Part shown: positions 25,601 through 38,545 of the stretch, in pieces
Layout: each line of letters begins with the position of its first letter
Position numbering within the stretch: position 1 is the stretch's first letter
Assembly (NCBI GenBank): GCA_040954595.2
Contig: CM082598.2
Location: 496,001 to 560,000 of the forward strand
Source: Balanoglossus misakiensis
Taxonomy: Eukaryota; Animalia; Hemichordata
DNA length: 64,000 nt
Direction: 5' to 3'
Notes under the pieces: model-generated
What the model was told of the DNA's origin: nothing
Seen by the model: the letters and a program-made list of their open reading frames with translations, nothing else
Databases searched by the model: none
Program-made: the position numbers and the translations under genes

Positions 25601-27842
25601 CTGATGACGAATGAAGACAACTGGAAGTCTACACAAGGAAAGCTGGCACACATGTTACACTAACCCGAAATCGTTGCCGTCAGAAATTTAGACAACCGCC
25701 AATATAGAACTGCGTGGCAGGGATATGTTTTACGGATAATGTCTGTGGTTTAGAGGCATGCATAGCCGTAAGACACACAGCCCTGTCACCCAGACCTACC
25801 ACCAACTAAATATAGAAGTCAGAATTAATCTTGCAATACAGTACACAAATGTGTGTTGGTAAACGCAAAGTTACAACAAGCACTTGGATTTGCAGCCTTA
25901 AAGAATTTTCAAGGTTGAACTTGAACAGAAGGTAAGTACTAGATAATTACACCACGAATAAACTCATCAATGTACGGGTATATTCACTCATGTATACTTA
26001 TTTTGAAACACGCACACTGCATATAAGTGGGTTAAAAGTTGTTTACGTATAACTAGTCTAGACCCTGAGTCTTGTTCTATCTCAGACAAACTTTTGATTG
26101 TTGTCTCAAGTTCAAACTGAAAAGAGAAATCTTGTTTGTCGAGAGGATGACAGGGTAGGATCATTGCACTGAGAAGGGGTTGACATGAATTGGGATGCGA
26201 GGTCTGGCATCGACTCCAGTCTGCGTCTACCGCCCCCTGCAACACATGTTAAGACAATAAAAGAGAGACAGAAGGAAAACATTGGCTTGTTGAACAGAGT
26301 ACCCTTAATTGTGAATAAGGGGCAGCATACGAATACCCGCCTAAACGGTCACCCTATACTGGTCCACAAACGGCATTTATTGACAGCAGACGATAGGAGA
26401 TGCCCGTTTTATTAAAAGCACGTTTCTGGGGGGTTGGAGGCGGCAACGAAAATTCCAATCCTCTCAGACATCTTAATAACTTTATGGGATGGAATTTTAC
26501 GCTAGAATTTAACTCATAATTCATATGGAGCGTTTACGTCATTGAAAGAGATCAACTACAGTCCCTGGATGGGTGTCATTGTGTGATGTTAATCGTCCGG
26601 CCACATCTTCGGGCCAGTTCCCTGTGGCCTGTATTTGACCCAAAGACCTGAGTTTGCCATACAGCGTCTAAAGTCCTCTGTCTCAGCAAATTTACCGCTT
26701 CTAGATCACGTATTATCATGACCAAACGACACCATGCATGTGTGGAGTGAGCGTGCCCAAATGCAGTGATCTCATCTCAATGTGATCACAGCACGCGCAC
26801 ACACACACACGTCTTGAAGGTTCCATCTTATTCAAGATTTAAATTTCACTATTTTTCAAGCAAGTCGTAAATCTGTTTTTGTTGAAAAAGAAAAAGTGCT
26901 GACCCTTATCATTAGTGAACTTGCCATTATATTACCTCCAGGGTCAGTCATTTTATTAGTTTGGCATAAGAGAGGTCCTTAACGTCGGCCATAGCACAGT
27001 AAATCATTGCCCTAGATTCGCAAAAGTACCCTTCGACCGCAATTTTCTTCAAAGTCATGAAATTGTGTTTTATTGTTCGAACGCGACCATGCACACATCT
27101 GCCACACATTAGTGGAATAGTGCAAAGACTTTTGCAGATTTTCGACTCTCTTCGATGAGGTTAGAAAATGCAGAGTAGATTAGACCTCCAGATAAAGTTT
27201 CAGGCCGAGAATTCGGCAGCAATTTCGCAGCACTACTGTCTTAGCATCCATAACGACCTTTTAATCAGGAAGATGTTTTTCTCGTCATACTTGTTGAACT
27301 GGTTGACATATTTCAGCCCAACTGGTTTTGTATTTAAAGACACAGTAGCTGCAGTGGAGTAGTGAATAAACCTTTGTCTATCAGAACTTTTTAACCACAA
27401 AGTTAGAAATGCAATCATACAGAGTGATAGAGTAGATTGTAGGGGAAATCTTTCTGTGCTTCTTATGATTCATGGAAATTACATAAGTGATCGAGTTTCT
27501 TGGAATAAGACTAATGTATGAATATTCAAATGTAAACTAACTGCATTGAATTTCCTCTGACGGATTTATACTTGAGAACTAAAAATTTAGTTCACTACAG
27601 AATGCAACTACTGTAAAGAGTTCCCTGTTTAACTGACCGATCTATATTTCCGATAAGGAACGATTTAAAGGAGACTCCCTTTGCCAATAGGTTGTTATCA
27701 TACTTGACCACACTACTGCCAAACAACGCAAATCTGAACACAGTCAAAAAGCATAACCAATCTTAGTTATTTGATCCGGACTCAAAACGGAATTTCCGCA
27801 TTCACTACTGTTGCTGTCAAGCACACAACAGATCCAGCTGAA

Positions 27843-29094
27843 ATGGCGCGAACACTCTACTATGGTCTCTGTCTCCTGATGTTAGCAGGTAAATTGTTCC
27901 ATCAAACGATATTTTTCCTGTATTTCTGAAAACAGTGTAATATACTGCCACCAGGGTGTTTGAAGCTTGTTTTGAATTTCAGCAGAACAGCCCAGACACT
28001 TTTTTGTCACTGTGAAAAGTGTTGTTCATTCTAAAGATGAAAAAATGAACTTACTTCCTGGTCTGCTTATCTGTACAGTTGTCAATCTGTCAGTCCTCCA
28101 AAGTGGTCCATTTTCAGTTCGTTCTATCATTTTCTGTCTCGGGGTGTCTCTCTGTCTTTGTCTCTGTCTGTGTCCAGGTGTGTCTCTGTCTTTGCCTGGG
28201 TGTGTCTGTCTTTTGAAAAGTTTTGATAGGCAGTTTGTCAACATTACAGACTTCAGTGTGATAATTATTTCCCCAACAATTCCAGGACTCTCTATGCCAG
28301 CCTCAATTTTGACCAGATCTGAACGCAGCGTCTTACAAATCGGTCCATTAATCGACTGTACTACAGGGACTGGATTCTGGAGAAGTCTGGTTGACTACAG
28401 CGACTATGGATGTCACTGTGGTTTGGGTGGTGGAGGTACACCAGTGGATGGAACAGACCAGTAAGTTTTCTAAAGTTGTGGTCAGTATTTTCTGTCACAT
28501 AAATATTCAACGTCAACATAAACTGATGCATGAACAAGTGACTGAAAATTGCCTCTTTAATTTCATTTAATTCAGATGTTGTAAAGAACACGACGACTGT
28601 TACGGACAAAACACCAACAACGGAGTCTGCACAACGTCTGAAGTATACACAATATGGTACAAGTACCAGAAATCTGAATGCTACACACAAGATGCAGATA
28701 TCACCTGCCGTAAGTATATATTAATTCAACTACACTATCATCCATATATACCGGTACATCATGTATGTTGCATGACTCAACACTGAAGCATGTGCCCTCT
28801 ATAAACTGATTCAAGACTCACTTCGTTTTCACAAAACTGCTCTCATCTACTTTCTACACTATTTGTTCTCAGCGTTGATATTACTATTACCATACATTTC
28901 CAATATACAGCAATGTATTTCAGTGGTTTTGTTTTGTTCTTTCCACAGAACTGCCCGAAGAATATTCTACACGCCACAGAGCAAGATGCAAGTTTGAAGT
29001 CTGTGAATGTGATCGGCTTTTTGCCTTATGTCTTGGAAAACACAGAAAAAATTACAACAATCATTTTTACAACTTTGATCAAATGAATTGTTAG
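27843..29094 (+). CDS. Secreted phospholipase A2 (group I/II-like), copy 1, ~166 aa
   Basis: Exons 27843-27888, 28286-28460, 28576-28709 and 28949-29094 (501 nt). Signal peptide MARTLYYGLCLLMLAG, Ca loop YGCHCGLGGGG-TPVD, catalytic CCKEHDDCY and VCECDRLFALC. Confidence 0.93.
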
Positions 29095-29505
29095 TAAAAT
29101 ATCATTTTGTTTTGCAAGTGAAATGTGTTTTTTTTTAAAGAAAATAAAACTAGTGTTGCCATCTAGACGGTCACTCATTGATTGAATATTTTCTATACAA
29201 ATATATAGTTGCAGTGTGTAAATTTTTATTTTAGCTGGCACATCACTGTTCAGTTCATGTATTTCCATGTACCGGTATGCTCATTTAAATTTTAATTAAA
29301 AAGGGTATTCTATTTTTCATGAACAATGCACTTCTTTGAAATTGGGCTACCTCCCATATTATAAATCAATTGTACCAGGGTAGGGGTGGCCTTATTCTGA
29401 AACTTATTTCAGAAGCACCACTGATCACCTGAATTGTTGGTGATATTCTGCCATCAGATAAGCATCGATCTGCTCTGCTCTGCTCTGCTGTCCAATCTAG
29501 TTGAA

Positions 29506-30610
29506 ATGGCAAGACAACTTTTCCAAGGATTCTCTCTCTTGGTGTTAGCCACAGGTAGAAATTACATCAACAGATGATAACTTTTTCCATTTATCTGAAT
29601 TGAAAATGTGATATGCTTTACCAGAGAAATTTGCAAATTCTGCCACAATGTATTTTTTTGCAGATCAAAGCAGTGAAATAATCATCACAAGTTTCATTTC
29701 CATTTAATGTGACTGTTATTTTCTCTGTCTTCCATAGGACTGTGTGCACCATCTGTTTTGAATCGATTTGAACGAAGCGTGGTACAGATGGGTCCATTGA
29801 TCGACTGCACAACAGGAGCAGGGTACTGGGGAAGTATGGCTGACTACAGTGATTATGGTTGCTACTGTGGCTTTGGAGGTGGAGGAACTCCTGTTGACAG
29901 AACTGACAGGCAAGATCGCAAGAATTTCCTCAAAAAATTAACATCACCCCACGATATGACACAAGAGATTTGTCTAAAACTACTCGCATTGATCCCACTT
30001 CTACAGATATCATTACTCAAAACAGCTTATAAATGCATGTATACATGTTGTACTTGTTTCTGTTTTTAATTACATCTAAATTGGGGTGAAAATTCAATGA
30101 AAACGTCATTCTCATTTTCAGATGTTGCAAGAGACATGATCAATGTTACGGCACAGTTAGCGACAGTGGAGTCTGTTTATCATCTGAAGTGTACACAATA
30201 TGGTATGAGTACACACTGTCCAAATGTTACACTCAAGATTTCATTATGACATGCAGTAAGTATTCTTCGATATCAAATGACGTCAGAAGCGCTCTGAGGC
30301 GGCAGTTACGTTATTTGTTGACCTGGGTATTTCTGTAGAAATACTCTCAGGCTCATTCAAAAACCAACTCATACAAGTTCATACTTGATAGTGTTAATTG
30401 TAACTGTCATCCGGTTTTCACAATTAATTTGAATCAACGCATATTTTATGTTTAATTTCCTCAGAACCAGCTGGAGACTATACTGAAAGTGAGGGATCAG
30501 AATGCAAGTATGCTGTCTGTGAATGTGACCGAATATTTGCGGTTTGTCTTGGAGAATATAGACACAGCTACAATAATGATTTCTACAACTATGATCAAAC
30601 AAAATGTTAG
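29506..30610 (+). CDS. Secreted phospholipase A2, copy 2, ~166 aa (GC-AG intron 2)
   Basis: Exons 29506-29554, 29738-29909, 30122-30255 and 30465-30610 (501 nt). Motifs YGCYCGFGGGG-TPVD, CCKRHDQCY and VCECDRIFAVC. Exon phases match copy 1. Confidence 0.9.
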
Positions 30611-31275
30611 AATTTTTGTCAAGTAGCTCAATGCTTGAGATGAACTGGTATCATCATCCGGAGTGTGTAAGAATTGACATAAAAAGCTAACATGAAATGT
30701 ATCATTCTGTGAGCCAATAAAGCCAGTCTTCATCAGTGAATATACTTGTGTCATGTGCTATCATTACACTCAAAATGATTTAGTTCCATATTTCAGTTCC
30801 AAACAAGTTTTCCAACCAGCATACAAAACATGGATATAAATAGTCGCATGTCAATTCAATGGAAGATTTTGCTGTAAGGCCATCACCTTATTTTAGCGAT
30901 TGTGAAATGTTGTGTTAAATTTGTACTGTAGTTGTGGTTGTTGGAAAATGTTTACTTGTCAACATAAGCCACAACACTCAAATACACTAATGTTTCCAAT
31001 TTCTAAATGATACACTTACTATTGAAGGTAATTTTGACAGATCAAATCATGTTGATCGTAGGATGAAGAATATTCGCGCCCCACACACAATATTGATAAC
31101 AATTGAGTCGGCCATTTTTATCAGTTTTATTTTGTCCTTTAATCCTGCACATTTTCAAGAAATTCAAATCTCAGAAATTGAAGAACTGCTGATACGGCAT
31201 GAAAACCCAAGAAAATTATATTGCATGAGGGCGTACATCAGTGACAAAGACCAGACATCATGGAACCATTGTTTC

Positions 31276-32873
31276 CTAGCCAACCATCACCTTGACCTCA
31301 CAGAGGTTTAATGGTCTGGAAACATCTCTCAGTTGAATACTGACATAGCGTCCCTTCATAGGTGTTGGACATCCACATTGAACTTTGATGGGAGTGTCTC
31401 TCACAACCGCTCCCCATATTGGCTTGCCACATTGTGGGTTTGTCCTAAAATCTTCACTGTATCCAACCCGTACTATGGCAGTCTTGATGCGGAAAACTGC
31501 AATATACGGAATCCATGTGTTTACTCGAGAAGGTAAAAATCTCCACATACATTACACACATGTCACAAATTCATGAGTAGATACTTAATAAACATTACTA
31601 GTATTTAATAGTCACCATAGTTCCCAGATTTGATCTAATAATGGTTATAAATGAAACAAAAATTCGGATAATCAGCACTGGATAATTTTAATCCCTTACT
31701 ACCCCCACCCTTCATTTCTCTGTCTATAGCTCGACCAATGCCACTGACAAGAATAAGGCTCTACTATATGCGGCCCACTGAAAGAGCCAACAAATAAGAT
31801 TCCGCCCAATGAGGAGATAATTTTTGACTCACTGCAGCAATCTCTCCTGTTATAAATCTGAACCTCGTAAACATCATATATCTGTCCCAAATCCACCATC
31901 CAGGATGGATTTCTTTCCCTCAGTGTCTCAGTGCAAGAACCTCCGACCATATTGGGTGTGGTGTTTGCATCCACTGCTTTCCCAGCATCCCCTTGAACTT
32001 TCTCTTGTGTCGAGCTCTGAATGGCCAGCTTGCCAACTGCCACGTTAGTTAACGGGACTGGATACACACAAGCTGACAACAGATATTCAGATAAAACACT
32101 TCAATATTAGCATTATCGTCACTGACAAAAACTTTTCTAAATTTCAACATGTATCAAAACTTTCTCTGACTTGTGAAAGGACATAAAAATTGACGATGCT
32201 GTATGCACTTTCTCAAGGCAACATAAAGTCAATTCAACAGCCCAAATTACCATATCATGGTGAGATAAAACAGATATTCAAAATTACACGAGACCCTGCA
32301 AGATTTCACGTGGCTAGGGCAGTTCAATGGGAGGACATCCTCATGCAAGAGAGGGCAAACAATACAAGACCCATTGTTGAACAGCACAACAGTTACAATT
32401 ATTGTTCAACTCTGCCCCTATTCTAGTTTAATACAAACTTGACTAGTGTTACTTGGCCAGCAATCTGTTGCTATGGTAATTAACCAGCTCTTAGATCTTG
32501 CAATCATCGAAAATCATTTACTGCAATAATGGTGGTGCGGTGGTACACACCAACTCATTAAAACTATACTTACGAGGTGGTGTTCCAAAACCATCCTCTG
32601 AAATAAAATTTTACAAAACACAAAAAATACATAGTTTATTAGTATGCAATTTGTACTGCTGGTATCACTGGCAATTCAAAATTTAAGGAAAGCAAACTTT
32701 ATGACTATAAACCACTTTCCATGATTTGGATATTAATCATGTAGTCATAAAATGTTATGTTACAAATTATTTATCACAGTCACACATCATCTGCCTCATC
32801 ATGCTCAATGAACGCACTCACCATCTGCACTTATGGCGAAACCAACCAAGAGTATCAATGCAAACACTTTCAT
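31276..32873 (-). CDS. Secreted single-domain F-type lectin (fucolectin/FTP domain), ~165 aa
   Basis: Exons 32873-32822 (signal MKVFALILLVGFAISAD), 32057-31833 and 31496-31276 (498 nt). Motifs NVAVGKLAIQSST, AVD, SCTET, PSWMVDLG, IYNRRDCC, GRYVSI and LNLCEVKV. Confidence 0.9.
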
Positions 32874-34941
32874 CGTCAAATCCTAAAATCTGAAAAGTGA
32901 TTTCAACACATATGAGTTCAAATGAGTAGTCGATACTAGAATGATTGATAAAAGAACTGCCATCTGTAACTTAGATGGTACAGTGAAACCTGTCTATAAG
33001 AGACACCAACTTAAAAAGCAAAGAAAAAACTATGAGTACAACCAGCCACATCATAACAACATCATTTATCACAACAGTACTTCCTTTAAGTTAAGTCCTC
33101 GCATCATAGATGTATTCCAATCATGCCTAATCTCTAATACACCCAAGCAGTACTTATCTCAGTGGAGTAGTACATACCCCGGTAGTCGAAACAACATCAA
33201 CTGGTTAAAGCAAGTTGAACTTTCGGCTACAAATACCGTCAACAAAATCATTTCTTTAGTTTGACTCTGCACACAACCACCAAAACAAAACAAGTCCAAA
33301 ATACAAACAAAACAAGTCATAACTTACTTGAAGTATACAACTTTGATTTAGTTGATGCTTGCTTTACTGAGAGACTGAGTGATTTTAACTTTAACACATC
33401 AGTTGAAATGAAATAATAACTTGTATGCAAAATATGTCACAGGGGTATAATGTGCTTTGACGTTATTTATAGGGCAAGTACTGCTCAGTCAAAGAATAAA
33501 ACTGTAGCAGCTGACTATGAATGATAAGTTAATTACTGACCAAAAATTATGAAACAAGTTACAATAAATCAAACATCAAAATTATATTTGGTTTTGACAA
33601 AACTTATCGAAATAGCAACTGGCAGATTTTTTTCTTTTAAAATAAAACAATAAAAAATGGGCGGGGAGTTAACACCTTATAAGAATATCTCATCCAGGGT
33701 CACTTAAGTTCTTTGATGAAATATCATGACCTTTTCACTTATTGACACGTTTCACACTATTTTTTGCTTCTGAGGTGTTATTTTGAGAAGCATGATGTAT
33801 TCTGTTGTCACATACACCAGACGCACCGTGAATCTCCAGCAGTCGGAGAGCGGATTAATGACACATATGGAAAAATACATGTTGTGAAGCTCTTTATGTG
33901 TGAATGTATCAATCAAATTTTATGCTATAATTTATATGTATTATTTCTGAACCAGTGATCGTTATATTTGGTGAATTGACAATTTTCTAGTGATGCAATC
34001 CCAAACAAGCCCTCTATGGCTCTCCCGGGATCTCCTGTACTATAGCGCCCTCAACAGGCATAATTATGCACCCTTTGTTTCTCAGTCACCAATAGGGAAG
34101 TCTTTACTATTCACCCTTCCCTGATGTTACTCAACAATTTCTCCCACAAAAATGATGAAGTTTAGCACTCAATGGGTGACATTTGGAAGATTTATGACCA
34201 AAGGTCATGTCATCAATCAAAATATTGATGCATACTTTTTTTCAGACCAGATTTAGTCACAATTTGAATTCTGACTGTCAACTATTGACAGAGGATGAAC
34301 TATTTACAAGACAGATGATGTTTATCTCATACACTGCTTCAATGACATCAGACCTTTAAAATACATTTAACAGATTTATTAAAGATCAAATACTCAGGTC
34401 ATTCACAATGCTCATAAACAACCAGAAAAAAATGAAAATTATGAACTTACATTCAAACATAAGGATTTTACAATTACATTATTTTGAAACAAATATATAT
34501 ATTGATTTTCTCTTGTTCATAATGCAAAGGAAAGTGGAAAAATGAAAGCATATCTTCAGAAAGAATGGTTCCAAAACTCTCACACTGATCTACCCAAATG
34601 AATTGTCTATTGAAAGTGGCAATGATGACAGGCAAGTACAGTGATCTGAAGTAGGCTTTGCTCTCTCTCTCACATTCTGATTAAATTTAGAAACTAGAAG
34701 AAGTGTGCCCCTTTGTCTTGTAATGACACTGTTATTGTTCTCTTGTTGGACATTTGAGAGCAACACTGCATCTACAATGCCCACTAAAAAAAGAAAGTGT
34801 AGCAGATACCCCCCCCCCCCCCCATAATAATTGACTTCCTCAGACTTGTTACTATGCCTACACAAATTCAAGCATAGACAAAACCGACAGATCGGCTTCG
34901 AGAACCCCCCCCCCCCGGGGGGGGGCCTTCAGTCCTATTCT

Positions 34942-35033
34942 TAGCTCTGGACTTACACGCTGTATGGGTCTACGCTGCTCTCTACCCTGACGGAGAGCAG
35001 CGTAGACCCAAACAGCGCATAAGTCCAGAGCTA
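34942..35033. mobile_element. 92-bp foldback (MITE-like) element with TAG...CTA ends and a 9-bp target-site duplication
   Basis: 41-bp arms with 3 mismatches around a 10-nt loop. Flanked by TCCTATTCT (34933-34941) and CCCTATTCT (35034-35042). Confidence 0.75.
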
Positions 35034-37152
35034 CCCTATTCTAATGTTGATCGTCCTCTGAATACCGTCGCTAATGCCCCGAACCAGAACTCTAACTCTG
35101 TTGTTAGAGCCCCAGAACGCTGAAGTTAGCTTTCCAAGGGCATCTGCGACAAGCACTCAGCAAAACCCTACAACAATTCACCAAAGATGATATCTCTCTC
35201 AGGCTCCATCACTGTACATGTAAATCTCAAAGCACGTCCACGTCACCCGGGTCGGTCGCGGTCTGAGACGTGAAAAGCGGGAAAGTTCACCCGTCCGATC
35301 TAACCAATTTTGAACACGGATCTACACTGTCGGAACATCCCAAGGGTCGGAGAGAGTGTTACTCTACTATAAGCTATCAAATACGAATAAAAACTCCCAA
35401 AACATGCAATTTCTCCGACAGTTTGCGGCAGCCCATCACAAAATGCAACCAGCTCTTGATCCTCAGGCTGTGAGATCTCTATGACGTATGTACATCCGGG
35501 GACTCTCATTGCATATCGCTCCAATCCGCACCAGTCATGATTCCCGCATTTACTAATAAATAGTATTTAACGTTCATATGACATGATAATTACAGGAGGC
35601 GGGTATTAGTCATTGTCGGATATTAATATATAATGACACCCGCGAGGTATTAAATCAATCGTCAGACTAGTTTGTTATCAGCCGGGGGTTGACGCACAGG
35701 TCATGTCAGGTCATAGGAGATACAGGCCCGTATGTACGCGTGCAATGACATATGAGCTGTAAATAGAGTAAATGTATGTCTTTGGTGATAGAATAAACAG
35801 ATACGAAGTCAACATTGGCATAGCCGCATACTACAGGTGGTTTGTCGTTCGCCATTTTCAAGAGAAAACAGAGACCTATACTAAAGAAGATGGCGTCATA
35901 TATAAAAGACACAATGTGTTTTTTTTCCTGCAAAATTAAACTTTGTACCAGTGATATTGTCAAGTCAATTGTGTCTTCTGCTTTTTGCCTTTCGACTGGG
36001 ACGGTACGATCTGTAATTTGTGTTTTACACGGAATACAAATTGTTGGTCTCTATCCATGGACCCTAGACCCTCTAGGGTCTGTGGTCTCCTCTTGTGTCT
36101 ATCACATCACATATGACACAGAGAATAGAATCTTTGTGGTCACTTTGCGACGTGCACCATACCAGACCATAAATGGTAACTGGGAGTGTCTGGTGACGTA
36201 AATGTTTCAGTGGATTTCTATCTGTTGGTGTGACCTCAGTTCGCGCCAAAATGATTACTTATTAACAGTATCTTATCTACTTGTGGCTTGGATATAAGCA
36301 CATCCACTGAAACACAAAGACAATACCAGTTGGTAGATGATATAGGCCGGGAGAAACGGTGCTCAATTTCACGCAGAGTTTAGAGCAGGTAAGTGTCTTA
36401 TGTTTCTAGCATCGATGATAGGAAGTGGTTTGCGGTAATCGTGAACAGAAGGATTATTAGGGTCGATGTTTCTTGGTAAAACGATATTCGTGACAAAACA
36501 TATCTTGAGTACACTATGCTGTGCTGACGGAATGTCTGTCGGTACGACCTTCTACCGTTTGGTGTCATATCAATTCTTTCATTCTTGTACTGTTTTGAAT
36601 CATATGTTATACCTTCGTGGTTATACTATGCTAGCTACAGGTCAGAGACCTGAATATCTCTCTGTATCCACATACCAACATCAGATATACAATGACCGAT
36701 AACTTCAAAAATGGCGGCGAAATACAAAATTATGTTGTTAATCCCACCAATATGAAACCATAGGAGACTTTCTTGTTAATAATTTAGTTGAAAATGGTCG
36801 CCAGGAACAAACTTTGTAATTTAATTACTGTTTCAATGTGCGATGTTGTAACGAACATTTAAAACGGTTAATTACGCCAACACACTCGTAATAATTACCT
36901 TGTTGTTTAGTATATGGACGAAAGAAAACATATTTTCTGGAATTGTTTAAGTTGACCTTGACTGACCCGTTCGTCACCGTATCGTCAAGGACCATAAGAT
37001 ACGTGAAGGCATTGTCCATGCAATAGCTAATGTATACATATGGTTTAAAAACATAATGGCGAAGGGAAATATTTCGGAATAAACTCAACTCAACTTACTT
37101 TCTGTTTTGTTTCAGTTAACCATCAGGAATAGATTACTTCTGTCCAAGCCAC

Positions 37153-38107
37153 ATGGCGATGAAGCTGATCATAGTGTTTCTTACAGGTATGGCATCTCTG
37201 TAGTGTACTTTGGATATGTTGTTTGTCTCGCCAGTATTATCGGCGTATACAAGAATGAACGGTACAGGGTCCATTAGAGAGCTATCACAGGGTGGCAATG
37301 TACCACAAAAGATTAACAGCGCATTTCACAAATGTACAGACAGTTTCAAAATAACACTCAGATGATTCATGCACCCAAAATGATGAAAACAGAAACGTAA
37401 ATGTAAACCCTGAATCACACAAGGTGAACGACTTTCTTGTCGGTTGGATGAATTACTGAACCTCGTTTGCCGTTGTCTTTGCAGTTTGTAATCTGTACAC
37501 AGTCTTTGGTCTTAACTGCTATGAATGCACGTCAATCATCAACCAACCACCGGACTGCCAGTCAGGTTTCGAAGAAAACCCAGAATATCAGGTGACCTGC
37601 TCGGCGACCATGGTTGACCCACAGTGTTACGTAAGTATAATGAAATCCTCAAAGTTTCTAATTAAATAAAGTGAAATAATGCTCACCCGACGTGTTTTAG
37701 TTATAAAAATGCTGAACTTGTTATCTTGTGATGTGTTTCTGAAAATACAGCTGGCGTACATGACATCTGAAGATGGAACAATCGTGAGATATGAACGCGG
37801 GTGCATTGATGGGGATGAGTGTGAAAATAACTGCCGCGATGTTCAGAAAGGAATCTATCGTGAGTATTTTAGTCGTCTTATGAATACGCAAATTACATCA
37901 TGAATATGCACATGACATCACCTGAAGCGTATTATTATACTCTGCTGATAATTTTATGTTTTTATTTTCTTTATAGACTTGAATCAGTGTACCAAATGCT
38001 GCACAACAGGAAATTTTTGCAATGATGAGAATGATGGCGACAGAATTAAATTCCACGCAGCTTTGCTTGTCATAGTGATCGCCTCGATGATAAACAACAT
38101 ATTCTAA
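37153..38107 (+). CDS. Ly6/uPAR (three-finger) domain protein, probably GPI-anchored, ~139 aa
   Basis: Exons 37153-37186, 37485-37630, 37751-37859 and 37977-38107 (420 nt). Signal peptide, then LNCYEC...RGC...CCTTGNFCN, then hydrophobic tail FHAALLVIVIASMINNIF. Confidence 0.85.
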
Positions 38108-38545
38108 TAGACTATATCCTACGTGACCCTGCAACATGTCGCGTGGCTGGGCAGTTTATATGGGAGGACATTCTACAGGTCACAAGAGAATGTCTCGCCA
38201 AATCGCTCCAAGAGCGGAAAATCACCTCTATTGATCATATTTATATGTTGTACAAACCACACAATCAAGGATTTCGTTAAAAATTTAAACAAACTACTAT
38301 GTTATGGCGACAGTCAACCATTTCATATGAAAACTTACAACCCGTGATTTAGAAAGTTTAATCTAATGACATCTCTTTTATCATATTTTTTCGCACTTTT
38401 CTTCTACTTTTAAAAACTCGAAATATGTTTTTTTTTTCTTTTAACAGTTAGTATTATTGAATAGTTGGTTTTAATTTTTCATAACATAAAGATCACCATT
38501 CTCACATGGAAATAATAAAAAAGCACTGCAGTTTCTAGAGTTTCC

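Noticed and set aside
10246-27700. myomiRs (miR-1/miR-133) near the MRF gene
   Set aside because: TGGAATGT occurs (~10494, ~19077), but the following bases do not match mature miR-1. No miR-133 sequence was noticed.
35045-35710. CpG-richer segment that looked like a second LTR or promoter
   Set aside because: Could not find matching TG...CA termini, a TSD or an associated ORF.
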